Positions 1-9,860 are shown, counted from the first letter of the stretch. The stretch: DNA of 64,000 nucleotides from an uncultured Oscillospiraceae bacterium (GCA_944385095.1 CALWVS010000008.1:8400-72399), one strand, 5' to 3'. Notes: a model not told the origin generated them from the sequence alone. Numbers and translations: made by a program.

Positions 1-311
1 AGACCATCCTTGCCCACCTCAACAATGTCCATCACAGGGTGACCCATATCCTCCAGACCCTGCTCCTTCACAGCAGCCTCATAGGCACCAGGGTACACAG
101 CGTTGATGGCCTCTTCATAGAACACGCCAGCACCGTACATATTCTCAATAATCTTACGGGGAGCCTTGCCCTTACGGAAGCCGGGCACTGCAATGCGGCT
201 GCGATTTTTCAGATAAGCCTTCTGAACAGCTTCTTCAAACTCGGCAGCTTCGACCTGAATGGTCAGCTCCACCGTACTTTTTTCTTTTTTCTCAACATTG
301 GTAACCTTCAT
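1..311 (-). CDS. tig: Trigger factor, N-terminal part (runs off window start)
   Basis: Manual translation from ATG at 311: MKVTNVEKKEKSTVELTIQV...IAVPGFRKGKAPRKIIE, containing the GFRxGxxP ribosome-binding signature. GGAGG SD upstream. Not in the ORF track. Confidence 0.95.
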   Translation of the reverse strand, partial: MKVTNVEKKEKSTVELTIQVEAAEFEEAVQKAYLKNRSRIAVPGFRKGKAPRKIIENMYGAGVFYEEAINAVYPGAYEAAVKEQGLEDMGHPVMDIVEVGKDG

Positions 312-447
312 GTATTTTTTCCTCCTAGTAAGCACAGTGTATTCTCCCAAAAACCTCGACCCACTGCGCCTTGATACGTTCGCCACGATATTTTACCAGA
401 TAATCTCTGTTTTGAACAGTCTCTTTTTTATAATTTTCCGTAAATTT

Positions 448-1137
448 TCAAAATTCCAGAATTTTTTTCGGCTGGAAATTCAGGTAGTCCGCTGCCACCA
501 GTGTAAATTCCACGCCCTCCTGAACACCGGAAACAGCCAGTCTGTGGCTGCCTCCGTGGAGATGACCATAACAGCACTGTTTCACTCCATACCGCTTCAA
601 CAGCTCTATAATTTCCTCACAGCGGTAGCCATGATAGAGGGGGGGATAGTGCAAAAAGCAGATTTTTTCCCTGTCTCCTGCCGCTTTCAGAGAAGTTTCC
701 AGCCGCATCAGTTCCCGATTGAAAATCTTGGCACTGTGCGCCCCCCGCTCCTCCTCATAGAACCAGCCACGGGTTCCACACAGAGCCACATCCTGATAAA
801 AATGGCAGTTATTGTGGAGCACATAGAGGCTGTCAAACCCCTTTTGTGCAAAAAAACGTTCCATTTTTGCCGCTGTGGTCCACCAGTAATCATGATTGCC
901 CTTCAGGAAGATTTTTTTACCTGGAATCTCATGTAAAAATCGGAAATCCTGTTCTGCCTGTTCCAAACTCATGCCCCAGGACAGGTCCCCACATAGTACC
1001 AGAGTGTCCTGTTCTGTCAGAACAGAAAACCCCTCCCGCAGCTTTTCCACATAACCTGTCCAGTTGCCGCCGAATACATCCATCGGCTTATCAACACAAA
1101 AGGAGAGATGGGTATCTCCTATGGCATAGAGTGCCAT
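448..1137 (-). CDS. Calcineurin-like metallophosphoesterase
   Basis: Motifs GDTH, GDLS, GNHD and GHLH. Confidence 0.9.
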   Translation of the reverse strand: MALYAIGDTHLSFCVDKPMDVFGGNWTGYVEKLREGFSVLTEQDTLVLCGDLSWGMSLEQAEQDFRFLHEIPGKKIFLKGNHDYWWTTAAKMERFFAQKGFDSLYVLHNNCHFYQDVALCGTRGWFYEEERGAHSAKIFNRELMRLETSLKAAGDREKICFLHYPPLYHGYRCEEIIELLKRYGVKQCCYGHLHGGSHRLAVSGVQEGVEFTLVAADYLNFQPKKILEF

Positions 1138-1155
1138 CGCTTGAACTCCTTTATT

Positions 1156-2640
1156 TTATTTCAGCATCTCTTGCACCGCATCCATCATCTGACCCTTCTC
1201 AACCACCTGAGAGAACCGAGGGGTTTTGGTACGCAGTGCAGCCAGAGGGGCAGGCACAGGCTGACTAGTGACTTTACTCAGTTGGTCCAGTAAATCCAGA
1301 CCCTCTGCCTGTTCTGTGACACCCAATGCAGTGAGCACATTGTCACAGAACTTAAAGGGGCTTGCTGTGGAAGCAATCACCGTTTTGGTCTCATCCCCTG
1401 TTTTGGTCCGGTACTGCTCCAGAGCAGAAAATGCCACCGCGGTGTGGGTATCAATGAGATAATCGTACTGGTCGTAAATCTTATGGATGACCTTCTGGGT
1501 CTCCTGGTCGTCACAACAGAACCCATAGAACTGCTTTTGGATTTTCTCCCGTACCTTGTCACTGACCTGATACCGTCCTGTCTCTGCCAGTTGGGACATA
1601 TAACTCTGTACCTCGGTGTCCTCCTGAGTAATGGCAAGCAGCAGCCGCTCCAGATTGCTGGAAATCAGAATATCCATAGAGGGGGACATGGTCTGATAGA
1701 AGGTACGGTTGCGGTCATAGACACCAGTATTTAAAAAGTCTGTGAGCACATTGTTTTGGTTAGAGGCACAAATCAGGTTTTGGATGGGCACACCCATATC
1801 CTTGGCGTAATAAGCTGCCAGAATATTACCAAAATTTCCAGTGGGTACACAGATGTTGATTGCCTCTCCTGCCTGAATCTGCCCATCCCGCAGCAAATCA
1901 CAGTAGGCAGAAATATAGTAGACAATCTGAGGCAGCACACGACCCCAGTTGATGGAGTTGGCAGAGGACAGGAAATAGCCTCTCTCTGCCAGTTCCTCTC
2001 TCAACTTCAAATCAGAAAACAGCTTCTTTACGCCAGTCTGTGCATCATCAAAATTGCCATGTACAGCACAGACACCCACATTTTCCCCTTCCTGTGTCAC
2101 CATCTGGAGTTCCTGCACAGCAGAGACCCCATCTTTGGGATAGAACACCAGAATTTTGGTGTGTTCCACATCCTTAAAGCCCTCCAGTGCTCCCTTGCCT
2201 GTATCGCCAGAGGTGGCAACCAGAATACAGACTGTCTTTTCCTCCTCCTGCTTTTTCAGAGAGGCGGTGAGTAAGTGGGGCAGCATCTGCAACGCCATAT
2301 CTTTAAATGCACAGGTGGGACCATGCCACAGTTCCAGACAGTATGTGCCATCGTTTACCTTGCGCACAGGTGCCACGGCTGGAGTGTCAAACTTCTCTGG
2401 TCCATAGGCAGCATTTGCAAAATCAGTCAGTTCTTTCACAGAAAATTCATCCAGAAAGAGCTTCATCACATAAACTGCCCGCTGTTGATAGGACATATCT
2501 TTCAAGTCCTCCAGCGCACGGCGTGGCAGCTTGGGCAAATATGCCGGTGTGAGCAGTCCTCCGTCCTCAGAAAGACCTTTGGCGATAGCCTGAGCGGCAG
2601 AAAACTGCAAGGTACGATCTCTTGTACTGATGTATTGCAT
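1156..2640 (-). CDS. thrC: Threonine synthase
   Basis: YISTR start, HGPTCAFKD PLP-lysine motif, ATSGDTG, NSINWGR, VPTGNFGN. Confidence 0.97.
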   Translation of the reverse strand: MQYISTRDRTLQFSAAQAIAKGLSEDGGLLTPAYLPKLPRRALEDLKDMSYQQRAVYVMKLFLDEFSVKELTDFANAAYGPEKFDTPAVAPVRKVNDGTYCLELWHGPTCAFKDMALQMLPHLLTASLKKQEEEKTVCILVATSGDTGKGALEGFKDVEHTKILVFYPKDGVSAVQELQMVTQEGENVGVCAVHGNFDDAQTGVKKLFSDLKLREELAERGYFLSSANSINWGRVLPQIVYYISAYCDLLRDGQIQAGEAINICVPTGNFGNILAAYYAKDMGVPIQNLICASNQNNVLTDFLNTGVYDRNRTFYQTMSPSMDILISSNLERLLLAITQEDTEVQSYMSQLAETGRYQVSDKVREKIQKQFYGFCCDDQETQKVIHKIYDQYDYLIDTHTAVAFSALEQYRTKTGDETKTVIASTASPFKFCDNVLTALGVTEQAEGLDLLDQLSKVTSQPVPAPLAALRTKTPRFSQVVEKGQMMDAVQEMLK

Positions 2641-2758
2641 CTTGTATCCTTCCTATCTTTTTCAAGCATTCTGTACAGAGCAACTGCCGCTGCACAAGTC
2701 TCTTTCCCCCCATTATGCCATTTTTTACAGGTCAGGTCAAGAGAAACTCTCAGATACC

Positions 2759-3130
2759 TCAGGAAAAGGCATCCACAATATGACGAATTTCAGGGGCTTT
2801 TGTCTCCATTCCATTGGGTGCCAGCAGTTCCACCACATCAAATCTGGGCTGTTTTTCGGTGGGATGCTGTTGCAAATAGAGCATAGCTGTGGTTCTGAGT
2901 TTCTGTTGTTTGGCTCTATGCACAAATTCTGCCCCAGCGCCATAGGCTGTATTTTTTCGCAGTTTCACCTCTACAAAAACCAGATACTCCTGATTTTCTG
3001 CCACAAGGTCAATTTCACCAAAGCGACAGCTCCACCTTGCTGCTGTGATGATGTACCCCTTCTGTTGCAAAAATCGGGCAGCCTGCCCCTCTCCCCAACG
3101 CCCCAACCGTGGGCTATTTGTCTTGTTCAT
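2759..3130 (-). CDS. YraN/UPF0102 family endonuclease-like protein
   Basis: GEGQA, GEIDLV, VFVEVK and RFDVV motifs; typical position after rnhB. Confidence 0.92.
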   Translation of the reverse strand: MNKTNSPRLGRWGEGQAARFLQQKGYIITAARWSCRFGEIDLVAENQEYLVFVEVKLRKNTAYGAGAEFVHRAKQQKLRTTAMLYLQQHPTEKQPRFDVVELLAPNGMETKAPEIRHIVDAFS

Positions 3131-3734
3131 ACTTTTTCAAAAAGCTTCTGCGGTGGATGGGACTAATTCCATATTGCTCAATCAATTCCATATGGAGCTT
3201 TGTACCATAGCCTTTGTGGCGTTCCAACTGATATTGGGGGTATTGCTGTGCCAGTTCCATCATGTGGTGGTCACGGCTCACCTTTGCCAAAATGGAGGCT
3301 GCCGCAATACTGGCAGAAGCACTGTCCCCTTTGACGATGGTACGATGGGGGGTCACAATGGAAAAGGATTTTCCCTTGTCCCGATTTCCATCAATAAGGG
3401 CAAACTCCGGCTTCACAGAGAGCTGGTCCATTGCCAGTTGCATCACCTTCATTCTGGCACTGAGAATGTCAGTTGCATCAATTTCCTGTGCATCCACACT
3501 TGCCACTGCCCAGGCAATGGCTTTTTCCTGAATGACAGGAAACAACGCCTCCCGTTTCTTCTCTGTCAGCTTTTTAGAGTCATTCAGCCCGGGCAGTTCC
3601 ACGCCCATAGGGAGAATCACCGCCGCTCCATACACAGGTCCAGCCAAAGGACCTGCCCCCGCCTCATCACAACCACACACATAGGTGTAACCAGCCTCTC
3701 GGGCTTCCTGTTCATACTTCCACAGTTCCATCAT
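3114..3734 (-). CDS. rnhB: Ribonuclease HII
   Basis: GCDEAGAGPLAGPV, DSKKL, LIDG, KGD..SASIAAASILAKV, HRRSF. Confidence 0.97.
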   Translation of the reverse strand: MMELWKYEQEAREAGYTYVCGCDEAGAGPLAGPVYGAAVILPMGVELPGLNDSKKLTEKKREALFPVIQEKAIAWAVASVDAQEIDATDILSARMKVMQLAMDQLSVKPEFALIDGNRDKGKSFSIVTPHRTIVKGDSASASIAAASILAKVSRDHHMMELAQQYPQYQLERHKGYGTKLHMELIEQYGISPIHRRSFLKKYEQDK

Positions 3735-4612
3735 GTCTCCTCTGGTGGCTGTTCCAAGGTAAACCGTCCCAGTTTTCCACCCCGGTACTCATCCAAAAGC
3801 ACACGGGACATCCGCTCTGTATCCACCTCACCGCCGGAAATCCGCATCCCTCGTTTGGCACCACAGGCGCACAACAGTTCATAGCCATATGCCACCTCAT
3901 TTTCCTCTGGCAGTTGCTGGCGTACTTCTGACAGTTTATAGTGCTGCATCAAAGTCTGTGGATAGTGTTCCCCTAAAAATGCCATAAAGTGACATCCTAA
4001 CGTCTCCACATCCATAATATCGTCTTTCACTGCCCCTGTGAATGCCAGGTGCATTCCTATGGTCTCATCTTCAAATTTCGGCCACAGAATACCGGGCGTG
4101 TCCAGCAGTTCCAGACTTCTGTCCACACTGACCCACTGCTTGCCACGGGTGACACCGGGGCGATCTGATGCTTTGGCTGACTTTTTCTTTGCCACTTTAT
4201 TGATAAAGGTGGATTTCCCCACATTGGGAATCCCCACCACCATGGCACGCACAGGACGCCCCACCAGCCCTTTTTCCTGCCAACGGGCAATCTGTTCCTT
4301 TAATACACCCTGAATCACCTGAGAAAACTGGTTGATTCCAGTGCCAGTTTTGGCATCGGTCTCCAAAACAGACCAGCCTTTTTTTCGGAACCATGTTGCC
4401 CAGCTGCGGTTTCCTGTGGGATCCGCCTGGTCTGCACGGTTTAAAATCACCAGCCTTGGTTTTCCTGCGGTGATGGCATCAATGTCTGGATTTCGGCTTG
4501 CAATGGGAATTCTGGCGTCAATAATCTCCACCACAATATCCACTTGTTTCAAATCTGCCTCAATTTGCCGTCGTGTCTTGGTCATATGACCGGGATACCA
4601 TTGAATATACAT
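3731..4612 (-). CDS. rbgA: Ribosome biogenesis GTPase RbgA/YlqF
   Basis: Start reassigned to MYIQWYPGHM (SD GGAGG at 4621-4625). DARIP, GIPNVGKST and DTPGILWPK motifs. The ORF-track extension to 4918 overlaps rplS. Confidence 0.96.
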   Translation of the reverse strand: MYIQWYPGHMTKTRRQIEADLKQVDIVVEIIDARIPIASRNPDIDAITAGKPRLVILNRADQADPTGNRSWATWFRKKGWSVLETDAKTGTGINQFSQVIQGVLKEQIARWQEKGLVGRPVRAMVVGIPNVGKSTFINKVAKKKSAKASDRPGVTRGKQWVSVDRSLELLDTPGILWPKFEDETIGMHLAFTGAVKDDIMDVETLGCHFMAFLGEHYPQTLMQHYKLSEVRQQLPEENEVAYGYELLCACGAKRGMRISGGEVDTERMSRVLLDEYRGGKLGRFTLEQPPEET

Positions 4613-4643
4613 ACATTTCGCCTCCTTTGCGCAACAAAAATAG

Positions 4644-4674
4644 AAAAAGAGCGGCATTGCTGCCACTCTTTTTT
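4644..4674 (-). terminator. Intrinsic terminator after rplS
   Basis: AAAAAGAGCGGCA-ttgc-TGCCACTCTTTTT hairpin with T run. Confidence 0.7.
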
Positions 4675-4682
4675 GGTTTGGA

Positions 4683-5024
4683 TTACAGGGCTTCCTTAAT
4701 CTTAGCAGCCTTGCCCACACGACCACGCAGGTAGTAGAGCTTTGCACGGCGAACCTTACCATGACGCACCAGCTCAATCTTGTCAATGGAAGGAGCGTGA
4801 ATGGGGAACACCTTCTCAACACCAACACCGTAGGAAACACGGCGCACGGTGAAGGTCTCCTCAATGCCGCCATGCTTCTTGGCAATGACAGTACCCTCGA
4901 AAACCTGAATACGCTCACGGTTTCCTTCTTTCACCTTCAGGTGTACACGCACAGTATCACCCACAGCCACAACTGGGGGCTCTGCCTTCAGATGCTTCTC
5001 GCTAAAAGCCTTTAACTTATCCAT
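4683..5024 (-). CDS. rplS: 50S ribosomal protein L19
   Basis: [26 protein letters not shown] and RRAKLYYLR motifs; start MDKLK with AGGAGG SD. Confidence 0.98.
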   Translation of the reverse strand: MDKLKAFSEKHLKAEPPVVAVGDTVRVHLKVKEGNRERIQVFEGTVIAKKHGGIEETFTVRRVSYGVGVEKVFPIHAPSIDKIELVRHGKVRRAKLYYLRGRVGKAAKIKEAL

Positions 5025-5033
5025 GTTCTTTTC

Positions 5034-5115
5034 CTCCTGTTGTAGAGGCGTTCTTGCGGGATATTGTCTCTTACCCCTGTAAGAGACCCACACAGAGGAT
5101 CGCCCGTTATTCAGA
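5034..5115 (-). ncRNA. Probable L19 leader (ribosomal protein autoregulatory RNA)
   Basis: rplS 5'UTR reads GGGCGATCCTCTGTG...GCAAGAACGCCT with a perfect 9-bp hairpin GTCTCTTAC-AGGG-GTAAGAGAC. Resembles the Firmicutes L19 leader as I recall it; an Rfam scan is needed. Confidence 0.55.
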
Positions 5116-5122
5116 CTATGGG

Positions 5123-5151
5123 AGTATATCACAACTTTTCATAAAAAGCAA
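5123..5151 (-). promoter_or_regulatory. SigA-type promoter of rplS
   Basis: TTGCTT-17 bp-TATACT with TG extension. Confidence 0.7.
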
Positions 5152-5164
5152 GCAAAATTTTTCT

Positions 5165-5971
5165 CTAAATCCCGTGATACACTTCTCTGTGCTGTTGGGA
5201 AACCTGCACCACCAGTTCTGGCATTGCCTGTTTCAAATGGGCTGCCAATGGGGCACAGACCACGTTTTCTGTGGCAAAATGCCCTGCATCCATCAAATTG
5301 ATACCCAGTGCCTTTGCCTCCAGAAACTGGTCATACTTGACATCGGCTGTCACAAAGGTATCACAGCCCATCTGTACTGCCTCCTGTAACATAGAGCCAC
5401 AGGAGCCGCCACCCACTGCTACACGGGATACTGTTCTGCCACTATCCACCACACGCACACTGGCAGCACCCAGACGCTCCTTTGCATAGGCGGCATAGTC
5501 CATAGCAGACAACCCTTTTGTATGGGCTGACCCCACCCGTCCAATGCCATAGGGCTGTCCCTGTTCGTCCACTCCATCCTGTGCAAGCTGTTCCACCTCT
5601 GTCAGCTCCAGCACTCTGGCGAGACAGTCGTTGACCCCACCAGCCACAGCATCCAGATTGGTATGGGCACAGATAGCACCAATTCCAGCCTCTGCCAGAT
5701 GGAGCAAAATGGCTCCTGTGTTGGTTTCATCCGTCAGTGCTTTCACTGGATGAAATATCACCGGATGATGGGACACAACCAGCTCCGCTCCCATCTCCTT
5801 TGCCTCCTGCACCACCTGTTGTGTGATATCCAGTGCCACCAGCACTTTGGTCACAGTCCGCTTTCCATGCCCTACCAAAAATCCGGCATTATCAAATCCC
5901 AACTGGGTGTGAAATGGTGCAAATTGGTCTATCACATTGTAAATTCCCTCTATGGTTGCCACTGTTCCCAC
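5165..5971 (-). CDS. Nif3-like dinuclear metal centre protein (YqfO/YbgI family)
   Basis: DNAGFLVG, ALD, SHHPVIF, HTNLD, GGVND and DAGHFATE motifs; start may be GTG at 5962. Confidence 0.93.
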   Translation of the reverse strand: MGTVATIEGIYNVIDQFAPFHTQLGFDNAGFLVGHGKRTVTKVLVALDITQQVVQEAKEMGAELVVSHHPVIFHPVKALTDETNTGAILLHLAEAGIGAICAHTNLDAVAGGVNDCLARVLELTEVEQLAQDGVDEQGQPYGIGRVGSAHTKGLSAMDYAAYAKERLGAASVRVVDSGRTVSRVAVGGGSCGSMLQEAVQMGCDTFVTADVKYDQFLEAKALGINLMDAGHFATENVVCAPLAAHLKQAMPELVVQVSQQHREVYHGI

Positions 5972-6645
5972 TCCTTTTTCATATCTGACAACTCAGAAAT
6001 CAGCCCTTCTAGCTTCCGCTTTCTCTCCTGTGCTTCCGGCTGTTGAGACTGCCCCAAACCCTGCACCGCCCGTTTCAGCCGGTTAAGTTGATGTTGTAAA
6101 TAGGCTCCACGCAATGGGGCATGGCTCTGTTTACCTGCCCAAAGTTCCCCCTCTGTGTAGGATTGGCTCTGCCCTCCTCGCACCTCCATGACCACATAGA
6201 GGGTTTCTCCCTCCTGTGCCAGATGTTCCTCTACAATTTCATAGCCATTGGACAGAAGCCACTCCCTCAATTCTGGTTGTGTACTCATAGGTTGCAAAAT
6301 CAGAGAAATATTTGGTTGCTTTGCCCAGGGAGCCGCCGCCAAAATATGAGAGATGGTCTCTCCCCCCATTCCTGCAATGACAATGATGTCCATTTCCCCT
6401 GCCTGCAAACCGGTCAGCCCATCACACAGGCGAAAGGATACTCTGTCCTCACAGCCATAGAGTTTCGCAGTCTCCTTTGCCCTGCTCAGGGGTCCTTCCC
6501 TCAAATCAGCCGCTATGCCAAACGGAATTTTCCCCTCTGTCAACAGATGGGCAAGCAAATAGGCGTGGTCTGTTCCAATGTCTGCCACTCTTGCGCCCTC
6601 TGGCACCAAACTGGCAACCAGTTTCAATCTGGGTGTCAACTCCAC
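5950..6645 (-). CDS. trmK: tRNA (adenine22-N1)-methyltransferase
   Basis: RLKLVA, DIGTDHAYL, GPL, RLCDGL, IAGMGGETI, LILQPM; canonical trmK-nif3 pair. Confidence 0.93.
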   Translation of the reverse strand: MELTPRLKLVASLVPEGARVADIGTDHAYLLAHLLTEGKIPFGIAADLREGPLSRAKETAKLYGCEDRVSFRLCDGLTGLQAGEMDIIVIAGMGGETISHILAAAPWAKQPNISLILQPMSTQPELREWLLSNGYEIVEEHLAQEGETLYVVMEVRGGQSQSYTEGELWAGKQSHAPLRGAYLQHQLNRLKRAVQGLGQSQQPEAQERKRKLEGLISELSDMKKEWEQWQP

Positions 6646-6708
6646 GGTGTTTCTCCTTTCTCTATGAAAAAAGCTGGAGCAGATAACCCACTCCAGCCCT
6701 TTGATTGA

Positions 6709-6912
6709 TTACTGCTGATTGGCAATGGCCGCATTGACCTTTGCCAGCAGCTCCTCTACCTCTACACCGTGAACCATGCAGGCCTGCTCCACAGTCTCAC
6801 CACGGGAAGCAGGGCAGCCCAGGCAGTGCATACCAATTTCCAAAAACAGGGGAGCGGTATCGGGTGCAATGGTCAGAATATCACCAATGATGGTATCTTT
6901 TGTAATGGTCAT
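6709..6912 (-). CDS. DUF1858 domain small protein
   Basis: GMHCLGCPASRGETVEQACMVHG signature; GGAGG SD. Confidence 0.88.
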   Translation of the reverse strand: MTITKDTIIGDILTIAPDTAPLFLEIGMHCLGCPASRGETVEQACMVHGVEVEELLAKVNAAIANQQ

Positions 6913-6981
6913 ATGAGAAAATCCTCCATTTCTAAATCAATGTGAACCCAGTATACCCTATCTGAATCAAAATTGCAATAG

Positions 6982-7011
6982 AAAAAGGATACCCAAATGG
7001 ATATCCTTTTT
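6982..7011 (-). terminator. Intrinsic terminator after the zinc-ribbon gene
   Basis: AAAAAGGATA...TATCCTTTTT inverted repeat. Confidence 0.7.
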
Positions 7012-7026
7012 CAGTGGCTGTTTCAA

Positions 7027-7305
7027 TTAGCCCTGCTCACGCATCTTAGCGAAGCAGTCGCTGCAATAAACAGGACGGTCGGACTTAGGCTCGAAAGGTA
7101 CACGGGCCTCGCCGCCGCAGGCAGCACAGGTGGCAGTGAAGAACTCACGGGGACCACGGGCTGCGTTCTTGCGGGCATCACGGCAGCTCTTGCAACGCTG
7201 AGGCTCGTTCTGGAAGCCGCGCTCTGCATAGAACTCCTGCTCACCAGCAGTAAAGGTGAACTCGTTGCCGCACTCTTTGCAAACTAAAATCTTGTCTTCG
7301 TACAT
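7027..7305 (-). CDS. Zinc-ribbon domain protein (CxxC-x17-CxxC type)
   Basis: MYEDKILVCKECG..FTFTAGEQEFY..GF.NEPQRCKSCR...CAACG...PVYCSDCF; start reassigned to 7305 (GAGAGGGA SD). Confidence 0.88.
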   Translation of the reverse strand: MYEDKILVCKECGNEFTFTAGEQEFYAERGFQNEPQRCKSCRDARKNAARGPREFFTATCAACGGEARVPFEPKSDRPVYCSDCFAKMREQG

Positions 7306-7369
7306 GTGGATTCCCTCTCTTTGAATCGTACCCATTGATATAATTGGATGGGTGGTGTAATATTTGCGA

Positions 7370-8011
7370 TCAGCTCTCGCTGGATGCGCCAGACTTGGAT
7401 TGCCTTGCCACCTTTCTGCGGATGCGCTGTACTGCATTGTCCACAGACTTGGCAGAACAACCCATCCCCTTTGCAATCTCTCCACAGGACAGACCGCACA
7501 GATACGGGGGCAAAATTTTTGCTTCGAACTCAGATAACTGGCCCTTCAGAGCATCCAGACGCTCTCTCAGTTCCTCCCTGCCAATAATGACATCTTCTGG
7601 GCTCTCTTCGCTGGAAAACAGATACGCATTGGTTCCGTCAAAAAGAGGGGGTTCGAATGAAACGCTTTGGTTTAAAGGGGAATGTTTTTGTCCCTGTGCT
7701 GCCCGAACTGCACTAATCAGCCGATTTTTGATGCAGACACCTGCATAAGTGCGAAAGGATGCGTCCCTCTCGCCACGATAGCTGCGTACGGCAGTCAAAA
7801 GTCCCAGCATACCTTCTTGAACAAGGTCCTCGCTGTCTCCCCCGGCAAGAAACAGGGGTCGTGCATATGCACGCACCAGACGCCCATATCGAGTGAGCAA
7901 CTCCTCCTCTGCCTGCACTTCACCAGTGTGTGCCAAGGTACAGAGTTCCTCATCTGTCAGGGATTGGAAGTTCTGGTTTTTCCTTCTTTTCTTCTGGTCA
8001 TAATCCATCAT
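7370..8011 (-). CDS. sigH: RNA polymerase sigma factor SigH (Spo0H-like); start codon uncertain
   Basis: EDLVQEGMLGL region 2, SFRTYA..CI, HSPLN and SVDNAVQRIRRK motifs. See findings for the start problem. Confidence 0.88.
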   Translation of the reverse strand: MMDYDQKKRRKNQNFQSLTDEELCTLAHTGEVQAEEELLTRYGRLVRAYARPLFLAGGDSEDLVQEGMLGLLTAVRSYRGERDASFRTYAGVCIKNRLISAVRAAQGQKHSPLNQSVSFEPPLFDGTNAYLFSSEESPEDVIIGREELRERLDALKGQLSEFEAKILPPYLCGLSCGEIAKGMGCSAKSVDNAVQRIRRKVARQSKSGASSES

Positions 8012-8035
8012 AAACAAATTGACTGGTTTTGTCAA
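8007..8035 (-). promoter_or_regulatory. SigA-type promoter whose -10 overlaps the apparent sigH ATGs
   Basis: TTGACA (8035-8030)-17 bp-TATGAT (8012-8007). Confidence 0.7.
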
Positions 8036-8095
8036 GGGGTATATAGAATTTTTTTGTTTAATCTCCCATATCCCCAAAATTCTTCTCTCAAAATC

Positions 8096-9457
8096 TCAGA
8101 CCAAAGTGGGGATCAGGTCTGCCAATCTCTGGGCTGTGTCCTTGGCAATTTCTGGAGTTTTTGCCTCTACCATCACACGCATCAGGGCTTCTGTACCAGA
8201 TGGACGTACCAAAATACGACCACTGCCCTGCAAGGCTTCTTCCTCTTGCTTAACCGCTGCCCACAGGGTATCGCTTGCCATCATCGCCTTTTTCACGTCG
8301 TTGTTTGCCACAGGCACATTGATGAGGATTTGGGGATACCGCTCACAGGCTCCAAACAGTTCTGAGGCTTTCTTTCCACTCTCTTTCAGCAGTGCCAAAA
8401 TTTGCAGCGCAGTCAACTGACCATCACCAGTTGTGGCGTATTCCAGAAAAATCATATGCCCGGACTGTTCGCCGCCCAGCATATAGCCCTTTGCCTGCAT
8501 ACACTCCAGCACATTTCGGTCGCCTACATCGGTACATTCCAATTTTAGCCCATTTTCTTTTGCATATACATGCAGCCCCAAGTTAGACATAACAGTAGCT
8601 ACCACAGTATCCTTTGGCAGTTTCCCTTTTTCCTTCATGTCCATTCCACAGGCTACCATAATCTGGTCCCCGTCAATCAGGTTGCCCAGCTCATCCACAG
8701 CAAGACAGCGGTCTGCATCGCCATCGAATGCAATGCCCATATCATAGCCCCCTGCCTTTACCATGGCTGCCAGACTGTCCAGATGGGTGGAACCACACTT
8801 ATAATTGATGTTCACTCCGTCAGGGTCGGCGTTGATGACATCAGTCTGTAACTTTGGAAAACGGTCAAACAGGGCAGCAGCGGTGGTATAAGAGGCACCA
8901 TTGGCACAGTCCACCAAAATTCTCAGCCCGGCAAGGTCACTGGTCACAGTGGATTTCAGATGGTCAATGTAGTCAAATGCCGCCTTGGGTGCCACATAAC
9001 TCACCTTGCCAATGTCCCCATGGGTTTTTCTCTCCACGTTGTTATGACCAAACAGGACAATCTCCTCAATTTTTTCCTCTAGCTCATCAGAGAGCTTAAA
9101 GCCCTGCCCATTGAAAATTTTAATGCCATTATGTTCAAATGGGTTATGGGAGGCAGAAATCACAATGCCTGCATCTGCCCCCTCATCCACCGTCACCCAT
9201 GCCACACCGGGTGTGGGCAGTGTACCCAAATCCAGCACATCTGCCCCTGCGGTACACAGTCCCGCAATCAGGGAGCCTTTCAATAAATCACCAGAAATTC
9301 TAGTATCTTTCCCAATGGTCACCAGTGGTTTTTCCCCATTTTTCTTGTTGCTTGCCAGCACTTTTGCCGCTGCCAGTCCCACTTTATAGGCAAGGTCTGC
9401 ATCCAGCCCCTGATTCACAACGCCACGGATTCCATCTGTTCCAAACAGTTTTCCCAT
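8096..9457 (-). CDS. glmM: Phosphoglucosamine mutase
   Basis: MGKLFGTDGIRG, ISASHNP, FDGDADR, GGEQSGH, RPSGTE. Confidence 0.97.
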   Translation of the reverse strand: MGKLFGTDGIRGVVNQGLDADLAYKVGLAAAKVLASNKKNGEKPLVTIGKDTRISGDLLKGSLIAGLCTAGADVLDLGTLPTPGVAWVTVDEGADAGIVISASHNPFEHNGIKIFNGQGFKLSDELEEKIEEIVLFGHNNVERKTHGDIGKVSYVAPKAAFDYIDHLKSTVTSDLAGLRILVDCANGASYTTAAALFDRFPKLQTDVINADPDGVNINYKCGSTHLDSLAAMVKAGGYDMGIAFDGDADRCLAVDELGNLIDGDQIMVACGMDMKEKGKLPKDTVVATVMSNLGLHVYAKENGLKLECTDVGDRNVLECMQAKGYMLGGEQSGHMIFLEYATTGDGQLTALQILALLKESGKKASELFGACERYPQILINVPVANNDVKKAMMASDTLWAAVKQEEEALQGSGRILVRPSGTEALMRVMVEAKTPEIAKDTAQRLADLIPTLV

Positions 9458-9464
9458 TGATTGA

Positions 9465-9842
9465 TTACCTCTTTCTACCATATTCATCAAAATTTTTTCT
9501 CAGGGCACGCTCCACCGGCACAATGGTTGACACCATAACAACACTCTGTATGACTGTCAAAATGCCGCCCCATGTCCCAATCAGGTCCTCGCCCTGCCCA
9601 AACACAGGGAGCATTCCCAAAATGGATATCGGCAACAAAAACCATCCCAGTTTCATCCAGAGTTTGCCGCAGTACGCATGTGCAAATGCCCATGTCTCCT
9701 GACTTTTGCCCGACCACTTGGTGCGGTAGCCATAACATCCATTGATTGTCTTTGGTGGATGATGCAAAAACAGCCAGCCACAGCCCACCATGACAGCCGG
9801 AATGAGCAAGGACATCAGCACCATAAAAATCCAAAACAGCAT
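9465..9842 (-). CDS. SdpI family membrane protein
   Basis: Three hydrophobic segments; PPKTIN..YGYRT...W..AH..CGKLW motif. Confidence 0.8.
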   Translation of the reverse strand: MLFWIFMVLMSLLIPAVMVGCGWLFLHHPPKTINGCYGYRTKWSGKSQETWAFAHAYCGKLWMKLGWFLLPISILGMLPVFGQGEDLIGTWGGILTVIQSVVMVSTIVPVERALRKNFDEYGRKR

Positions 9843-9860
9843 ATGCCAACACTCCTCTTT

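Noticed and set aside
4613-5132. N-terminal extensions in the ORF track (rbgA to 4918, rplS to 5132; likewise zinc-ribbon, nfnB, B6 kinase, REase)
   Set aside because: They overlap neighbouring genes or leaders and lack an SD; downstream SD-supported starts match the family N-termini.
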